A stretch of 64,000 nt of DNA from Minisyncoccota bacterium (GCA_040904025.1 JBBDUG010000033.1:365-64364), one strand, 5' to 3'. Shown: positions 51,039 through 61,343, numbered from the stretch's first letter. The notes: generated by a model not told the origin, from the letters alone. Made by a program: numbers and translations.

Positions 51039-51644
51039 TTACCTATTCTTTGATGTCCATAATTCATTCCACCAACTGGATGGGTGTTCATCAAGAATAG
51101 CCTCTGCAAGCTTATTCCCCGATTTCGATTGAATCCGCTCAATATTTTCATTCCGTTTCTTTCCCTTCTCTCCCTTCCCCGAGATCCATTCCTTTGCCTC
51201 TTGATTCCCTTGCCAGATATATTCTTGGAGTAGACAGAGTTGATCAATAATATCCGCATCCTTTGCAATAATAGCCTCTCTACTCTCTCGTTCATCGTAC
51301 TCATCGATAAATTTTTTCAAGTCAGAAAACGGCAAATTACCCAATTGTTCTTTTTTGATTTCTTCCTCAAATATTTTTACATACCGTTTATGTACCCAAT
51401 TATGATCACCACTCCGTACCTCTGGCATATCGTGTAGAAGACACATCATAATCACCTTATACGGATCAACATCCTCCATCTTTGCCAAGTACCACCCGAT
51501 GATCGTCACACGATATGAATGAGTCGCAATATTATCAGACATATCATCGGTAAGAAGTGTCTGACGATGCATACGAATCAACTTCCGCATGGTCCCCACC
51601 TCAAAGAGATGTTGTGCTATTCGTTTGTACTCTTTCTTTTTCAT
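51039..51644 (-). CDS. HD-domain phosphohydrolase (YfbR-like 5'-deoxynucleotidase)
   Basis: IATHSYR, LLHDMPEVRSGD, KDAD. Confidence 0.85.
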   Translation of the reverse strand: MKKKEYKRIAQHLFEVGTMRKLIRMHRQTLLTDDMSDNIATHSYRVTIIGWYLAKMEDVDPYKVIMMCLLHDMPEVRSGDHNWVHKRYVKIFEEEIKKEQLGNLPFSDLKKFIDEYDERESREAIIAKDADIIDQLCLLQEYIWQGNQEAKEWISGKGEKGKKRNENIERIQSKSGNKLAEAILDEHPSSWWNELWTSKNR

Positions 51645-51973
51645 TGAAATTTCTTTAACTTATCCTGCAGCTCTTCTGTATCAATATCATCATGATCAGC
51701 ATCAAAGACTGCTTCTTTATCCTCAACGAGGATAACTTGTGGGGTCTCATGCGCAACCCCCAGATCATCAGTGATCATATCAGAAACATCACGAGATTCC
51801 TGTACCACAACCTCATACATCATATCATCAAAATCCGTACTCAATTTAGAGAGCTCTCTTGCGTAAAAACCTGAGAGTGAACAGGTAGCACTCAATTTAG
51901 CGATAAGGAAAGGAGATTTATCAGATTTCTCTAATATATCTTTCCACTCTTCTGTTGTTTTAATCCTTTTCAT
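51641..51973 (-). CDS. YtxJ/BrxC-like monothiol thioredoxin-fold protein
   Basis: KLSATCSLS, V.ESRDVS....DLGVAHETPQVI. Confidence 0.8.
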   Translation of the reverse strand: MKRIKTTEEWKDILEKSDKSPFLIAKLSATCSLSGFYARELSKLSTDFDDMMYEVVVQESRDVSDMITDDLGVAHETPQVILVEDKEAVFDADHDDIDTEELQDKLKKFQ

Positions 51974-51985
51974 ATTTCCACCCTA

Positions 51986-53158
51986 CTATATTTCTCCATT
52001 TTCTCGAACTGCAGTAGCAATCGCGGGTACAACCGATGTGTCTATCACAGACGGCAGTATCTTCTCAGCGGTCGGGGTAGGAACAAGTTCTGCAAGTGCA
52101 TATGCCGCCTTTACCTTCATTGTCCCTGTTATACGCGGTGCACGCATATCAAGTGCGCCCCTAAAGATACCCGGGAATGCAAGCACATTGTTCACTTGAT
52201 TGGAGAAATCACTTCGTCCAGTTGCCACCACTGCTGCCCCCGCATCATATGCGTCATCAGGAAGTATCTCGGGATCAGGATTAGCAAGAGCAAATATGAC
52301 AGGATTATCCGCCATAGAGCGAACCATATCTTTTGACAGAATTCCTGGAACAGAAACTCCCACAAATACATCAGCTTCTCGCAGTGCCTCTTGTAGTCCT
52401 CCTGTCATTCCCCTGCTATTGGTATATGAGGCAAGATCTCGCTTCACATCACTTAGATCACCCCTTTCAGAGGAGATGATACCGGTGGAATCCACAACCA
52501 CAACATCACGAACCGCCTCACATACACCACTCTCATCATCATGGCAGGTGAGGAGCTTTGCTACCGCAACGCCCGCAGCACCAGCGCCGGAGATAACAAC
52601 ACGGAGATCACTAATATCTTTTTTCACAACCTTCGCTGCATTAATAAGACCGGCAAGGAGCACAATAGCTGTTCCGTGCTGGTCGTCGTGAAAGACGGGG
52701 ATACCGAGATCTTGCAGACGTGCTTCAATCTCAAAACATCGCGGTGCGGAAATGTCCTCCAAATTTATTCCTCCAAACCCCGGTGCAATACGTCGAACCG
52801 TCTCCACGATCTCGTCGGTATCCTGTGTATCGAGACAGATAGGATATGCATCGATCCCTGCAAACTCACGAAACAATACTGCCTTACCCTCCATAACAGG
52901 GAGGGCTGCCTCTGGTCCCACATTTCCAAGACCGAGTACTGCCGATCCGTCGGTCACCACCGCCACACTATTCCCCTTTATCGTATATCGATATGCTTCC
53001 TCTGGATCCTCTGCAATACGTCGCACCGGTTCAGCCACCCCGGGAGTATAAGCGCGAGAAAGATCCTCCTGTGTATTCACCGGAACTTTAGAGTGTATTT
53101 CAAGTTTTCCCCGCTTCTCTTCATGCATCTGAAGAGATTCTTTGTTGTAGTCTTTCAT
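51986..53158 (-). CDS. NAD(P)-dependent malic enzyme
   Basis: AYTPGVA, VMEGKA, INLEDI, FHDDQHGT, GAGAAG, NQVNN. Confidence 0.95.
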   Translation of the reverse strand: MKDYNKESLQMHEEKRGKLEIHSKVPVNTQEDLSRAYTPGVAEPVRRIAEDPEEAYRYTIKGNSVAVVTDGSAVLGLGNVGPEAALPVMEGKAVLFREFAGIDAYPICLDTQDTDEIVETVRRIAPGFGGINLEDISAPRCFEIEARLQDLGIPVFHDDQHGTAIVLLAGLINAAKVVKKDISDLRVVISGAGAAGVAVAKLLTCHDDESGVCEAVRDVVVVDSTGIISSERGDLSDVKRDLASYTNSRGMTGGLQEALREADVFVGVSVPGILSKDMVRSMADNPVIFALANPDPEILPDDAYDAGAAVVATGRSDFSNQVNNVLAFPGIFRGALDMRAPRITGTMKVKAAYALAELVPTPTAEKILPSVIDTSVVPAIATAVRENGEI

Positions 53159-54405
53159 TAAATTTCTGATAGATCTCTCGGCAAAAAGAGATTAAGTGTC
53201 CACTCAAACATTATACGCAATTTTGCGCGCCACCCGAGTACTTGCGGTAGATATGCCGTTCTGTAAAGAAACCATGCAATACGTCCTGTCAGCTCGATGC
53301 CAAATACACGCGCCACCGCATCTCCCTTTCCAAGAGAGATAAGGAACCCCTTATCTCTCCAATGAAATTCCTCTGGTTCTTCACCGGATATCATGTGCAT
53401 AATGTTACGCGCAGCTGTCTTTCCCTGTCGCACTGCAAACTGTGCCCGCATAGGATATGGCTGTGAGGAGTCCTTTCGCTCAACAAAAGCCTGGTCTCCA
53501 ACAACATATAAATTCCTATACTCAGGAACTTGAAGTGCCTCACTGACATGAATGCGCCTATGCTTTTCTCCCCGCTCTATCCCCCGCACTGCTGTTATAT
53601 CAATATCCCGTGCACGAACCCCTGCGGTCCAAATAGCTGTCCGAGTCAAAGAAAAGTGTTCTCCACTCCACACGCCCTTCTCATCCACACGACTCACCTT
53701 TTGAGATGTTCTCACATCTATTCCCTTTTTCTCCAAAATAGTTTGTATTTTCTCTGAGATCCATTCTGACTCTTGCGGAACAAGGCGAGAGGCACCCTGA
53801 AAAAGAGAGATGGACATATAAGAGGCACACTCAGGATACGCACGAGAGAGTGCTCCATCCTTCATATCAGCAAGCTCTCCGGCAAGTTCGACCCCGGTTG
53901 GACCACCACCAACGATCACAAAATGAAGGAGATCATGTCGCTCCTGTGGATTAGAGACCTCTTCTGCTGCCTCAAAGCGAGAAAGAATTGTATTTTTCAC
54001 ATTTCGCACCTCATCAAGAGAACGGAGAGGAATTGTGTGTTCCTGCGCCCCGTCTACATTGTGATAGTCGGTATCTGCACCGAGGGCAACAATAAGATAA
54101 TCGTATGAAAAAACATCTCCCTCTTCAGAGTGCACCTTCTTTGCATCCGCATCTATGTGCTCTACTGTCCCTTCTCGAAAATTAAACCGTTCATTCTGCG
54201 GCAAATGCCGCAAGGATTGCTTGAGTGCGGAAGGGGTTAGATTCCCAGTGGCCACTTCATGCGCCATGGGAACAAACCAAAAATAATCCTTATCACTCAC
54301 AATCGTTACCCGTACGTCACTCCGTTTCAGATTTCGATACAACGTACGATACACATGTATACCGCCAAATCCAGATCCGAGAATTACAATATGTTTCGTG
54401 TCCAT
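53158..54405 (-). CDS. ndh: Type II NADH dehydrogenase
   Basis: GSGFGG, VGGGPTGVELAGE, WTAGV, AQFAVRQG. Confidence 0.9.
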   Translation of the reverse strand: MDTKHIVILGSGFGGIHVYRTLYRNLKRSDVRVTIVSDKDYFWFVPMAHEVATGNLTPSALKQSLRHLPQNERFNFREGTVEHIDADAKKVHSEEGDVFSYDYLIVALGADTDYHNVDGAQEHTIPLRSLDEVRNVKNTILSRFEAAEEVSNPQERHDLLHFVIVGGGPTGVELAGELADMKDGALSRAYPECASYMSISLFQGASRLVPQESEWISEKIQTILEKKGIDVRTSQKVSRVDEKGVWSGEHFSLTRTAIWTAGVRARDIDITAVRGIERGEKHRRIHVSEALQVPEYRNLYVVGDQAFVERKDSSQPYPMRAQFAVRQGKTAARNIMHMISGEEPEEFHWRDKGFLISLGKGDAVARVFGIELTGRIAWFLYRTAYLPQVLGWRAKLRIMFEWTLNLFLPRDLSEI

Positions 54406-54441
54406 ACATCGATTGTAGCGTAGATTACAGGAGAGATAAAA

Positions 54442-55098
54442 TTAGCGGGACTTTGGCCACTTCTCCGCCGCAGGGGGATATATTTTTGTAAGGGGATGAT
54501 CCTCACATTCATGCGGACGTGCGGGACATATCTCTCGTCCGTAGTAGATAAGATTATTTCCAAAGTCAAACCATTCTTTCTGAGGAAGAAGTTCTATGAG
54601 ATCCTTCTCTATCTTCTTTGGATACGTATAATCTGAAAGATCAAAACGGATCGCAAAACGACGAACATGGGTGTCTACCGCAATCCCCTTACTCTTCCCA
54701 AAGGCATTTCCCAGCACGACATTTGCTGTCTTTCTTCCTACCCCGGGAAGCGTCATAAGATCTTTCATGGTATCAGGCACTTTTCCACCAAACTCTTCTT
54801 TTACCCTTTTTGCTGCTGCTAAAATATTTTTTCCCTTTGTTTTATAAAATCCCGTTGAACGTATATCTTCTTGAAATTCCTTCAGATCAGCACGGATATA
54901 ATTATCCAGCTTTGTATATTTCTTAAAAAGCTTCTTTGTCACTTTGTTCACCCGCTTATCCGTACACTGAGCGGACAACACCACAGCAACAACAAGTTCC
55001 CAATTAGTGGAATGATCAAGCGCTGTTCCCTGTCGATCAGGAAACAACTCCTTGAGTTTTTTTGCCATCTTTTTGGCTCTTTTTGCTCGATCGGTCAT
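54442..55098 (-). CDS. nth: Endonuclease III
   Basis: LSAQCTDKRVN, HhH LPGVGRKTANVV, VDTH. The Fe-S Cys motif is reduced. Confidence 0.95.
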   Translation of the reverse strand: MTDRAKRAKKMAKKLKELFPDRQGTALDHSTNWELVVAVVLSAQCTDKRVNKVTKKLFKKYTKLDNYIRADLKEFQEDIRSTGFYKTKGKNILAAAKRVKEEFGGKVPDTMKDLMTLPGVGRKTANVVLGNAFGKSKGIAVDTHVRRFAIRFDLSDYTYPKKIEKDLIELLPQKEWFDFGNNLIYYGREICPARPHECEDHPLTKIYPPAAEKWPKSR

Positions 55099-55131
55099 GC
55101 TTGTACTCTAGCATAACAGATATGCAAGATG

Positions 55132-56322
55132 TTAGTCCCCTGTACTTTCTTTTAGCTTCTCTTCGTAGCATTCCTGGTCAAGCATCATGGCATTTTCATC
55201 ATCAGGAACGGAAACGTAACATTCACTAAGATCAACAGAGGAATCAAACCACATACTCTCGTCTGTATCATCTTCTCCCTCATCCTCAATCAAAGGCGGA
55301 GTTTCTCTCCCGTTATCTTCCTCCTCAATCTGTATCGATCTTTCAGACACCTGGGTCTCTTCTCCCTTCCATGCTCCGCGCTTAAGTTTTAGATCAAGTA
55401 CGCGCGCCTTCTTGTGAATATCGACAAATAGTTTGTGAGCCTGTTCAAATAATCCGTCTTTAAAAAGTTCTTCTGCTTTCTCTGCATCAGCACGTAGTGA
55501 TGCAAGAGGAGTGAGGATGCTCTTTTCAAATGCAGCCACATATTCCTCACCTACATTTAAGCTCTTTTGCCGTTCAAGACGTGCCAGGAGTTCACGTACT
55601 GCTTTTCTCTGTTTTGTCGCAGTCTCTTTATATTCAAGCTCGCTTGACTCATCCGCATCAGATTCAATCATCTCTTCCACATTTTCAATCTTCGGAGCAG
55701 ACATTACACTCATCGAGACAGCAGCATCCGATTCAGCTGACAGTGCCGTATCGGCAGCAATGGATATAGTGCGCCCCTCGCTACTCTCAAGTTCAATTGC
55801 AACATTTGTACGTATATTAGATGCTGCAATATCATCTTCAGCTTCAAGCTTGGTGGCAAGTTCATTAGCTCGATCTGCATGCTCATATATTGTCTCTTCT
55901 ATGCGATCACGTTGCTCTATATCGAGTGCTCCCATCCCTTCAAGGATTGCTATTTCATCAACACGTCGTGCGAGTCGACGCACCTCCCATTCTGCCTTTG
56001 ATTCTTCGGTAAAGGTAAATGTACTCCGTGCATCCTCTAAGACATGCTTTACCGGATACAACACATCCCCCGGCAACGCACTATTCGCCGCTGCAGACAA
56101 TCCTCCCATGACAAAAATAATAGCAAATCCGGCAATGACAGCACCGGTTCGGTGTAATGTGATGATGAGGGGGGTAAACATAGCACGAAGATTCTCTCGA
56201 CTGCGAATCGGTTTAATCTCCATATACCGCTCTAGATGCTCCTTCATCTGTGCATGTTCCTCAGATGAGAGAGAGTACATCTTTTCCGCGCTCTCTTTTA
56301 GTTTTTTCTCAAAATTATTCAT
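55132..56322 (-). CDS. Putative anti-sigma factor (DUF5667-like)
   Basis: Overlaps the ECF sigma stop. N-terminal helix, one TM, ALPGDVLYPVK motif. Confidence 0.7.
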   Translation of the reverse strand: MNNFEKKLKESAEKMYSLSSEEHAQMKEHLERYMEIKPIRSRENLRAMFTPLIITLHRTGAVIAGFAIIFVMGGLSAAANSALPGDVLYPVKHVLEDARSTFTFTEESKAEWEVRRLARRVDEIAILEGMGALDIEQRDRIEETIYEHADRANELATKLEAEDDIAASNIRTNVAIELESSEGRTISIAADTALSAESDAAVSMSVMSAPKIENVEEMIESDADESSELEYKETATKQRKAVRELLARLERQKSLNVGEEYVAAFEKSILTPLASLRADAEKAEELFKDGLFEQAHKLFVDIHKKARVLDLKLKRGAWKGEETQVSERSIQIEEEDNGRETPPLIEDEGEDDTDESMWFDSSVDLSECYVSVPDDENAMMLDQECYEEKLKESTGD

Positions 56323-56845
56323 ATTCCTGACAAAGCTCTTTTAACTTCTTCATTCCGCGATATATGCGGACAGAAACAACATTCTCACTTTCATCAATCA
56401 TTTTAGCAATCTCCTGAGGTGCAAACCCGTCCACATATCGCATGGTTACAGCTTGTCGATATATCTCCGGAAGTTCTTCGACCTTTGCAAGTACCTTTTC
56501 ACCATCAATAATTTCTGCCCAAGTCTCTGATTCCATACTTTGCAAGTCATCAAAGACCTCGGGAGGTGTCTCATCACCCAACAATCCTTCGAGAGAATAG
56601 TCTTTCTTCTTTCGATAGTGATCAATAATGAGATTATTGAGGACACGGTAGAAGAAGGCGCGGAAATTATCCACATCATTCCCCTTCATAATATACTCCC
56701 ACGTCTTTGTGAATGTATCCTGAACAAGATCAAGAGCAACCTCTCGGTCACTAACTCGGATGATGCAGTGCCGAAACAATGCATCGCTATTCTCATCAAC
56801 GGCATTCAGATATACCTCTTCTTTATTGTTCTGTTTGAGCCTCAT
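56315..56845 (-). CDS. ECF RNA polymerase sigma factor
   Basis: DLVQDTF region 2, N.IIDHYRK, region 4 EIAK...VSVRIYRG. Confidence 0.92.
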   Translation of the reverse strand: MRLKQNNKEEVYLNAVDENSDALFRHCIIRVSDREVALDLVQDTFTKTWEYIMKGNDVDNFRAFFYRVLNNLIIDHYRKKKDYSLEGLLGDETPPEVFDDLQSMESETWAEIIDGEKVLAKVEELPEIYRQAVTMRYVDGFAPQEIAKMIDESENVVSVRIYRGMKKLKELCQEYE

Positions 56846-57296
56846 TGAGTGAAGACGTTATATTACCCCCCTTCTTACCCCGTATGATAAGAATTCCGCA
56901 AATAAACAAAAGCGTCGAAATGACAGCGGAAATAATGCAGAACTGACACAACGACCCAATCATCCATATCTGTATGTATACAAGGACAAGTGATACAAGA
57001 AAACCGATGATGGTGAGATATGCAACACCACGAATAATATCCCTTCGACGCAATACATATCCAATTGTAGCACCAGCAAATATGCTGAAATAGTATATTC
57101 CCCCTAAAAGCGCAATGGGGATACCGGCAATCGTTGCATATCTACTCTGTAAAACAACATCACACCCCTCAAAAAGAGAGCAGGTCACCGCCGTATCACC
57201 AAAGTGAGAGGCGGTAAGGTATGTTGCGTCTAGAAGGCCGATAAGTCCCAGAAAAATAAGGACGTATACGAGCCATATGTGTTCTATTCTTCTCAT
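56823..57296 (-). CDS. Vitamin K epoxide reductase (VKOR) family protein
   Basis: C.....C..V..SRYA..AGIP, CQFC, four TM helices. Confidence 0.92.
   Translation of the reverse strand: MRRIEHIWLVYVLIFLGLIGLLDATYLTASHFGDTAVTCSLFEGCDVVLQSRYATIAGIPIALLGGIYYFSIFAGATIGYVLRRRDIIRGVAYLTIIGFLVSLVLVYIQIWMIGSLCQFCIISAVISTLLFICGILIIRGKKGGNITSSLNEAQTEQ
56852..56879 (-). promoter_or_regulatory. ECF-type promoter giving a leaderless sigma mRNA
   Basis: GGTAAG-N16-CGTCTT, 6 nt before ATG 56845. Confidence 0.65.
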
Positions 57297-57390
57297 ATAG
57301 CGTGCGTATTGTAGCACAAAAGAAGATATATTTTACACACTTAAACCCCATAAAAACCGCGTAGATTCTATGGGATTAGATATATCAACT

Positions 57391-58236
57391 CTATGGCTGC
57401 AACGCCTCTTCTACATTCCCCTCAACTGATATCACAACATCATCCACTGTGGAAAATTGCATTAGAGTATTTTCTATCTGCGCCCGTATAGCAGTGACGC
57501 GACATGAACCACCAACTTGATTGAGTTCTTCGCTGAAATCAACAAAGGCGGTACCGTCATCGATACGAATTGAGTTCAACCTAACTCCATCAGGAATATT
57601 GGTGACAACTCGATCCCCCTGCGCCTCTTGAGCAGTTGGTCCCGCAAGTAGCTCTTCTATCGCTGCCCGCGCTACTGACTGTGTCTGCGGTATTGTTCGT
57701 GTAATCTCAACAACAACATCACATTCAACTGGTTCAGCACCAAAAGACTGGCTTGAATAGTACACACTGACTGTCTGAGTCTCTTCAGACTCTGCAGAGA
57801 AGCGTACTGGAATCCTCACTTCCGCAGCATTCTCGGACAATCCGGATGGATTTGCTTTCTCGAGAATAACAAATCCCGCATCCGCCTCTCCTGTCCAGCT
57901 GATCTCTCGTTCGAACGAAACGAAGTTTTCTGTCATCCATTCACCATCTGCCTGTACGGGCACTTCTGCAAGTACACGTCCATCATTGCTCTCAACACGA
58001 GCGGAAAAATTTGCCTCAAAATACCATGTACCACGTGCCTCTCCACGAAGCACGAAGGAACGAGAAAGTGTATCTCCCGCCTCTGGCGTCTCCACACGAA
58101 CATCTGAGTGTGTGACTTCCTCCCCAAGTATATCCTGATCTCCATTTATCTCATCCCCTCCATTGCCACCGATAAAGAGAATAGCTAGTGCAGCTGCAAC
58201 AACAACTAGTAACCCGATTATTATTTTCTTTTCCAT
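57391..58236 (-). CDS. Gmad2 Ig-like plus GerMN domain membrane-anchored protein
   Basis: GEARGTWYFEANF, ANPSG, AIEELLAGPT, AFVDFS, QIENTLMQFSTV. Confidence 0.88.
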   Translation of the reverse strand: MEKKIIIGLLVVVAAALAILFIGGNGGDEINGDQDILGEEVTHSDVRVETPEAGDTLSRSFVLRGEARGTWYFEANFSARVESNDGRVLAEVPVQADGEWMTENFVSFEREISWTGEADAGFVILEKANPSGLSENAAEVRIPVRFSAESEETQTVSVYYSSQSFGAEPVECDVVVEITRTIPQTQSVARAAIEELLAGPTAQEAQGDRVVTNIPDGVRLNSIRIDDGTAFVDFSEELNQVGGSCRVTAIRAQIENTLMQFSTVDDVVISVEGNVEEALQP

Positions 58237-58253
58237 CTTCTGTAAATATTATT

Positions 58254-58805
58254 CTAATAATTCGCACCACTTTTCATCGGCTCTGTGTTGAGAAGCTTGC
58301 GAAACTTCTTGAGCCCCCGATGTATACGCACCGATACTGTATTGGTCCGCTCTCCGAGCTTCTCACCGATCTCCTTAGGAGACATACCTTCGAAGATCCG
58401 CATACGAATTACCTCGGCATATTTCTCTCCTAATTCATATAATCGCGCTCGTACTCGCTTCACTTCAGCTCGATCTATAATATACGTATGAAAGGAATCT
58501 GACGAGAGATCCTTCTCATCAAAGTCTCCCATATTCGCCATAGGAATACTTTTCTTCTTTTTGTAGTAGTCCTTTATTCGATTCGAGGTCACTTGGTAGA
58601 TAAAGGAGTTTAAATACTTAATCTCCTTCCCGCGGTTAATGTAATCCCAAGTACGAGTAAAGATATCTTGGGTGAGGTCCTTTGCGACTTCTTTCGAAGA
58701 AGTTTTTGAGTAACAACGTCGGAAGACTTTATCATAGAGTTCTTCCAGCTTCTCAATAAAACGTTCTTTTGTTGAGCGCTCCGTTGTAGCGGTTTTCTTG
58801 TTCAT
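58254..58805 (-). CDS. ECF RNA polymerase sigma factor
   Basis: DLTQDIF, NRIKDYYKK, EIGEKL....VSVRIHRG. Confidence 0.9.
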   Translation of the reverse strand: MNKKTATTERSTKERFIEKLEELYDKVFRRCYSKTSSKEVAKDLTQDIFTRTWDYINRGKEIKYLNSFIYQVTSNRIKDYYKKKKSIPMANMGDFDEKDLSSDSFHTYIIDRAEVKRVRARLYELGEKYAEVIRMRIFEGMSPKEIGEKLGERTNTVSVRIHRGLKKFRKLLNTEPMKSGANY

Positions 58806-58927
58806 ATGTATATATGATTAGAAATAGGAGTAATGAGGAGCTTCTCTCTTTCAAATAGAGTGCCGATGTACATACAGAATATCACCTCGACACGTTAGAA
58901 AAAGACAACGACTGCTTTAATACTGTA

Positions 58928-58988
58928 CAAACGAGCACAGAAGCCTCCTCTTACACAGCGAAGACGAAAACCTCCCCTCTCTCTTACC
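58928..58988 (-). promoter_or_regulatory. Two tandem ECF-type promoters
   Basis: GGTAAG-N16-CGTCTT (58961-58988) and TGTAAG-N16-CGTTTG (58928-58955). Confidence 0.6.
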
Positions 58989-60126
58989 GCATTTTCATCT
59001 TAAAGGCCATTCTAAACAACAAAGGTGAAAGGAAGGTGGTCACAATAGTTAAGATAACAAGGGCGGCAGAAAGCTTGGCGTCCAGAAAGCCAAACTCAAC
59101 ACCGGAGAATACAATTGCAAGAGTGGTCGAGAGCTGTGGAATTGATGTTACCGAAATAAGCCATGTATCGCGCGTGTTAAATCGCAACAGAACCCCACCG
59201 ATCCATCCACTCACAATCTTAGAAATAATCAGTCCAACGACAACTACAAGAACAAGAAATCCCGCTGTACTATCAAAGAGTATTGAGACGTTAGTGGTAA
59301 TACCAGTGGTGATGAAAAATACGGGAATAAAGAGGCCATAACTAAGAGCACGTAACTTTCCCTTCAAGGTTGAAGAGGTAATGGATTCAGAAAGAACTAA
59401 TCCGGCAAAGAACCCTGCAATTATCGGATGGAGTCCAAGAAGCTCAAAGAGGATGACGGTACCAATGAGGATGGCAAACACACTACGCAACTCCTGTTGA
59501 AAGAGATCTCTTTCGGGATGATGAAAAAACCACTGAAGACGCGGTAGTGCCCAACGAAGAAAGAGGAGGACACCAACAGAGAGAATATAGAAAATGGGAA
59601 GCGGAAGAGAGGTTGTCGGACTTGTCGCCTGAAATACAATAGAGAGCAAGACCAGACTCGCAATATCCTGCAACATGGTGGAGGAGACGATAACATGTCC
59701 AATTTTTCGCTGAAGTATTCCTGTCTGCTCTAATGCCGGAATAACAACGGCAATCGAGGAAGAAATGAATGTAATACCGAGCAAAAGAGAGGTTGTGATT
59801 GAATAATCAAACCACGCCCCAATACCCACACCAACAATGAATGGAATGACTCCCCCCAATAGTGCAATGACCCATACATGCTTGATTGATTTTGAAAAAC
59901 TCGAAAGTCTCGTTTCAAGCCCCGCCATAAACATCAAGAAAACAAGTCCGACCTCAGAGAAAAACTGCAAGATAGGATCAACCTCTACAAAATCAAGTCC
60001 AAACGGACCAATGAGAATACCACCAAGGATAAGAGCGGTGACCCACGGCAAATGAAGCCTATTAAAAGCCTCGGAGAAAAAGAGGCCGGCAAAAAGGACA
60101 ACAAAGAACGGTAAGAGTTGTGTCAT
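58984..60126 (-). CDS. Cation:proton antiporter (CPA2)
   Basis: About 12 TM helices, GILIGP, FMAGLE, QDIAS, GFFAGL, FIPVFF. Confidence 0.92.
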   Translation of the reverse strand: MTQLLPFFVVLFAGLFFSEAFNRLHLPWVTALILGGILIGPFGLDFVEVDPILQFFSEVGLVFLMFMAGLETRLSSFSKSIKHVWVIALLGGVIPFIVGVGIGAWFDYSITTSLLLGITFISSSIAVVIPALEQTGILQRKIGHVIVSSTMLQDIASLVLLSIVFQATSPTTSLPLPIFYILSVGVLLFLRWALPRLQWFFHHPERDLFQQELRSVFAILIGTVILFELLGLHPIIAGFFAGLVLSESITSSTLKGKLRALSYGLFIPVFFITTGITTNVSILFDSTAGFLVLVVVVGLIISKIVSGWIGGVLLRFNTRDTWLISVTSIPQLSTTLAIVFSGVEFGFLDAKLSAALVILTIVTTFLSPLLFRMAFKMKMR

Positions 60127-60175
60127 ATCATTAGTATAACGTATTCAAAAAAGAAAAGGATATCTCTTGAGGGTA

Positions 60176-61012
60176 TCATTCCTCCCTCTGATATACATCT
60201 GCAACCTCCGCTCCGATAAAGAGGATTTGAAGACCGTAGTATATCCATAACAATATCGCAATCACAAACGCCGAAGCGCTAAAGATAGAGGTAAAGAGTT
60301 GTAGTTGTAGATAAAATGCAAAGATTCCATTGAGAACAAGGAAGAAAAATGATGCAACCAACCCACCAATAAATGCATGTTTCCAACTAAGGCGAAATTG
60401 CGATCCGATTCGATAGAGAGATGCATACAACCCACCAACAACAAAAAGTGTAATGAGGGTGTTGAGTATATGGAAGAAAGTGGTGGAAAACATCCCGCCA
60501 ACAACTTTCTCGAGATGACTCAAAGAAGCGGCGATGAAGACATTTATAACAATGAAGATGATTGCAAGGAAAAACGATATGACAAGATAGACCAAACTCC
60601 ATCCCCGATCCCACATAACCCTTTTCATCATCGAACTTTTCTCAACCCCCTCGATAAGAAAGATGTCCTGAAGTGCATGTCTAAGGTGTAAAAAGAGACG
60701 AGAAGCACCATAAAGGAGAAGCACTATACCGAGCACAGAATAGAGTGCGTTTGAGGTGACCTCTTCGACCCCGGAGAGAACTCTCTCAAAGAAGAGCACT
60801 GCTTCTGCACCAAAAACTGCTCCCCCAAAGGAAAGAACCTGTGTCTCAATCACCTCTCTCCCCAACACCACAGATGCAAATGCAATACCCAAAACCGCCA
60901 AAGGAACCAGAGAGATAATGCTGTAGTATGAAAGAGCAGCCGCTCTTTCAGAGATACGATCACTTTTCCACGCACTATATATTGCTTTAATTGTCTGTAT
61001 CTTTTTCTCCAT
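60176..61012 (-). CDS. YihY/BrkB family membrane protein
   Basis: AAALSYYSIISLVP, LLWIYYGLQILFIGAE. Start placed at MEKKIQ. Confidence 0.88.
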   Translation of the reverse strand: MEKKIQTIKAIYSAWKSDRISERAAALSYYSIISLVPLAVLGIAFASVVLGREVIETQVLSFGGAVFGAEAVLFFERVLSGVEEVTSNALYSVLGIVLLLYGASRLFLHLRHALQDIFLIEGVEKSSMMKRVMWDRGWSLVYLVISFFLAIIFIVINVFIAASLSHLEKVVGGMFSTTFFHILNTLITLFVVGGLYASLYRIGSQFRLSWKHAFIGGLVASFFFLVLNGIFAFYLQLQLFTSIFSASAFVIAILLWIYYGLQILFIGAEVADVYQREE

Positions 61013-61343
61013 TGTGTAGGTATATAGTATCACGCCCCTCTTCATACTCCGCCTCTCGTGCTGTTGATCGTCGATATGCATCCTCAAACTTTTGTGTGTA
61101 CGTATGAACCTTTCGCAAAAGAAGCCAAAGAGCAAGTGAGACGATAACCATAAACACACAAGCAACATAAAAGAGTACACGTGCCGCTTGATGCGGACCA
61201 CCGAGAATGCTCCCAAATCCCAAAAGTGCCAATCCACCGAGTACAATAATAGCAACGAGAGCCGCACTGGTAATATACCCCACGATGAGATCATGAACAT
61301 ACCCCCGCGCTTCTCCCGCTGGATCCTCAAGCCATTTTTTCAT
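60987..61343 (-). CDS. Hypothetical two-TM membrane protein
   Basis: Two hydrophobic helices. Overlaps the yihY start. Confidence 0.6.
   Translation of the reverse strand: MKKWLEDPAGEARGYVHDLIVGYITSAALVAIIVLGGLALLGFGSILGGPHQAARVLFYVACVFMVIVSLALWLLLRKVHTYTQKFEDAYRRSTAREAEYEEGRDTIYLHNGEKDTDN

Noticed and set aside
55511-56344. Long antisense ORFs (also 23609-24196, 27922-29622, 52541-53161)
   Set aside because: They are Ser-rich shadows of well-supported genes on the opposite strand.
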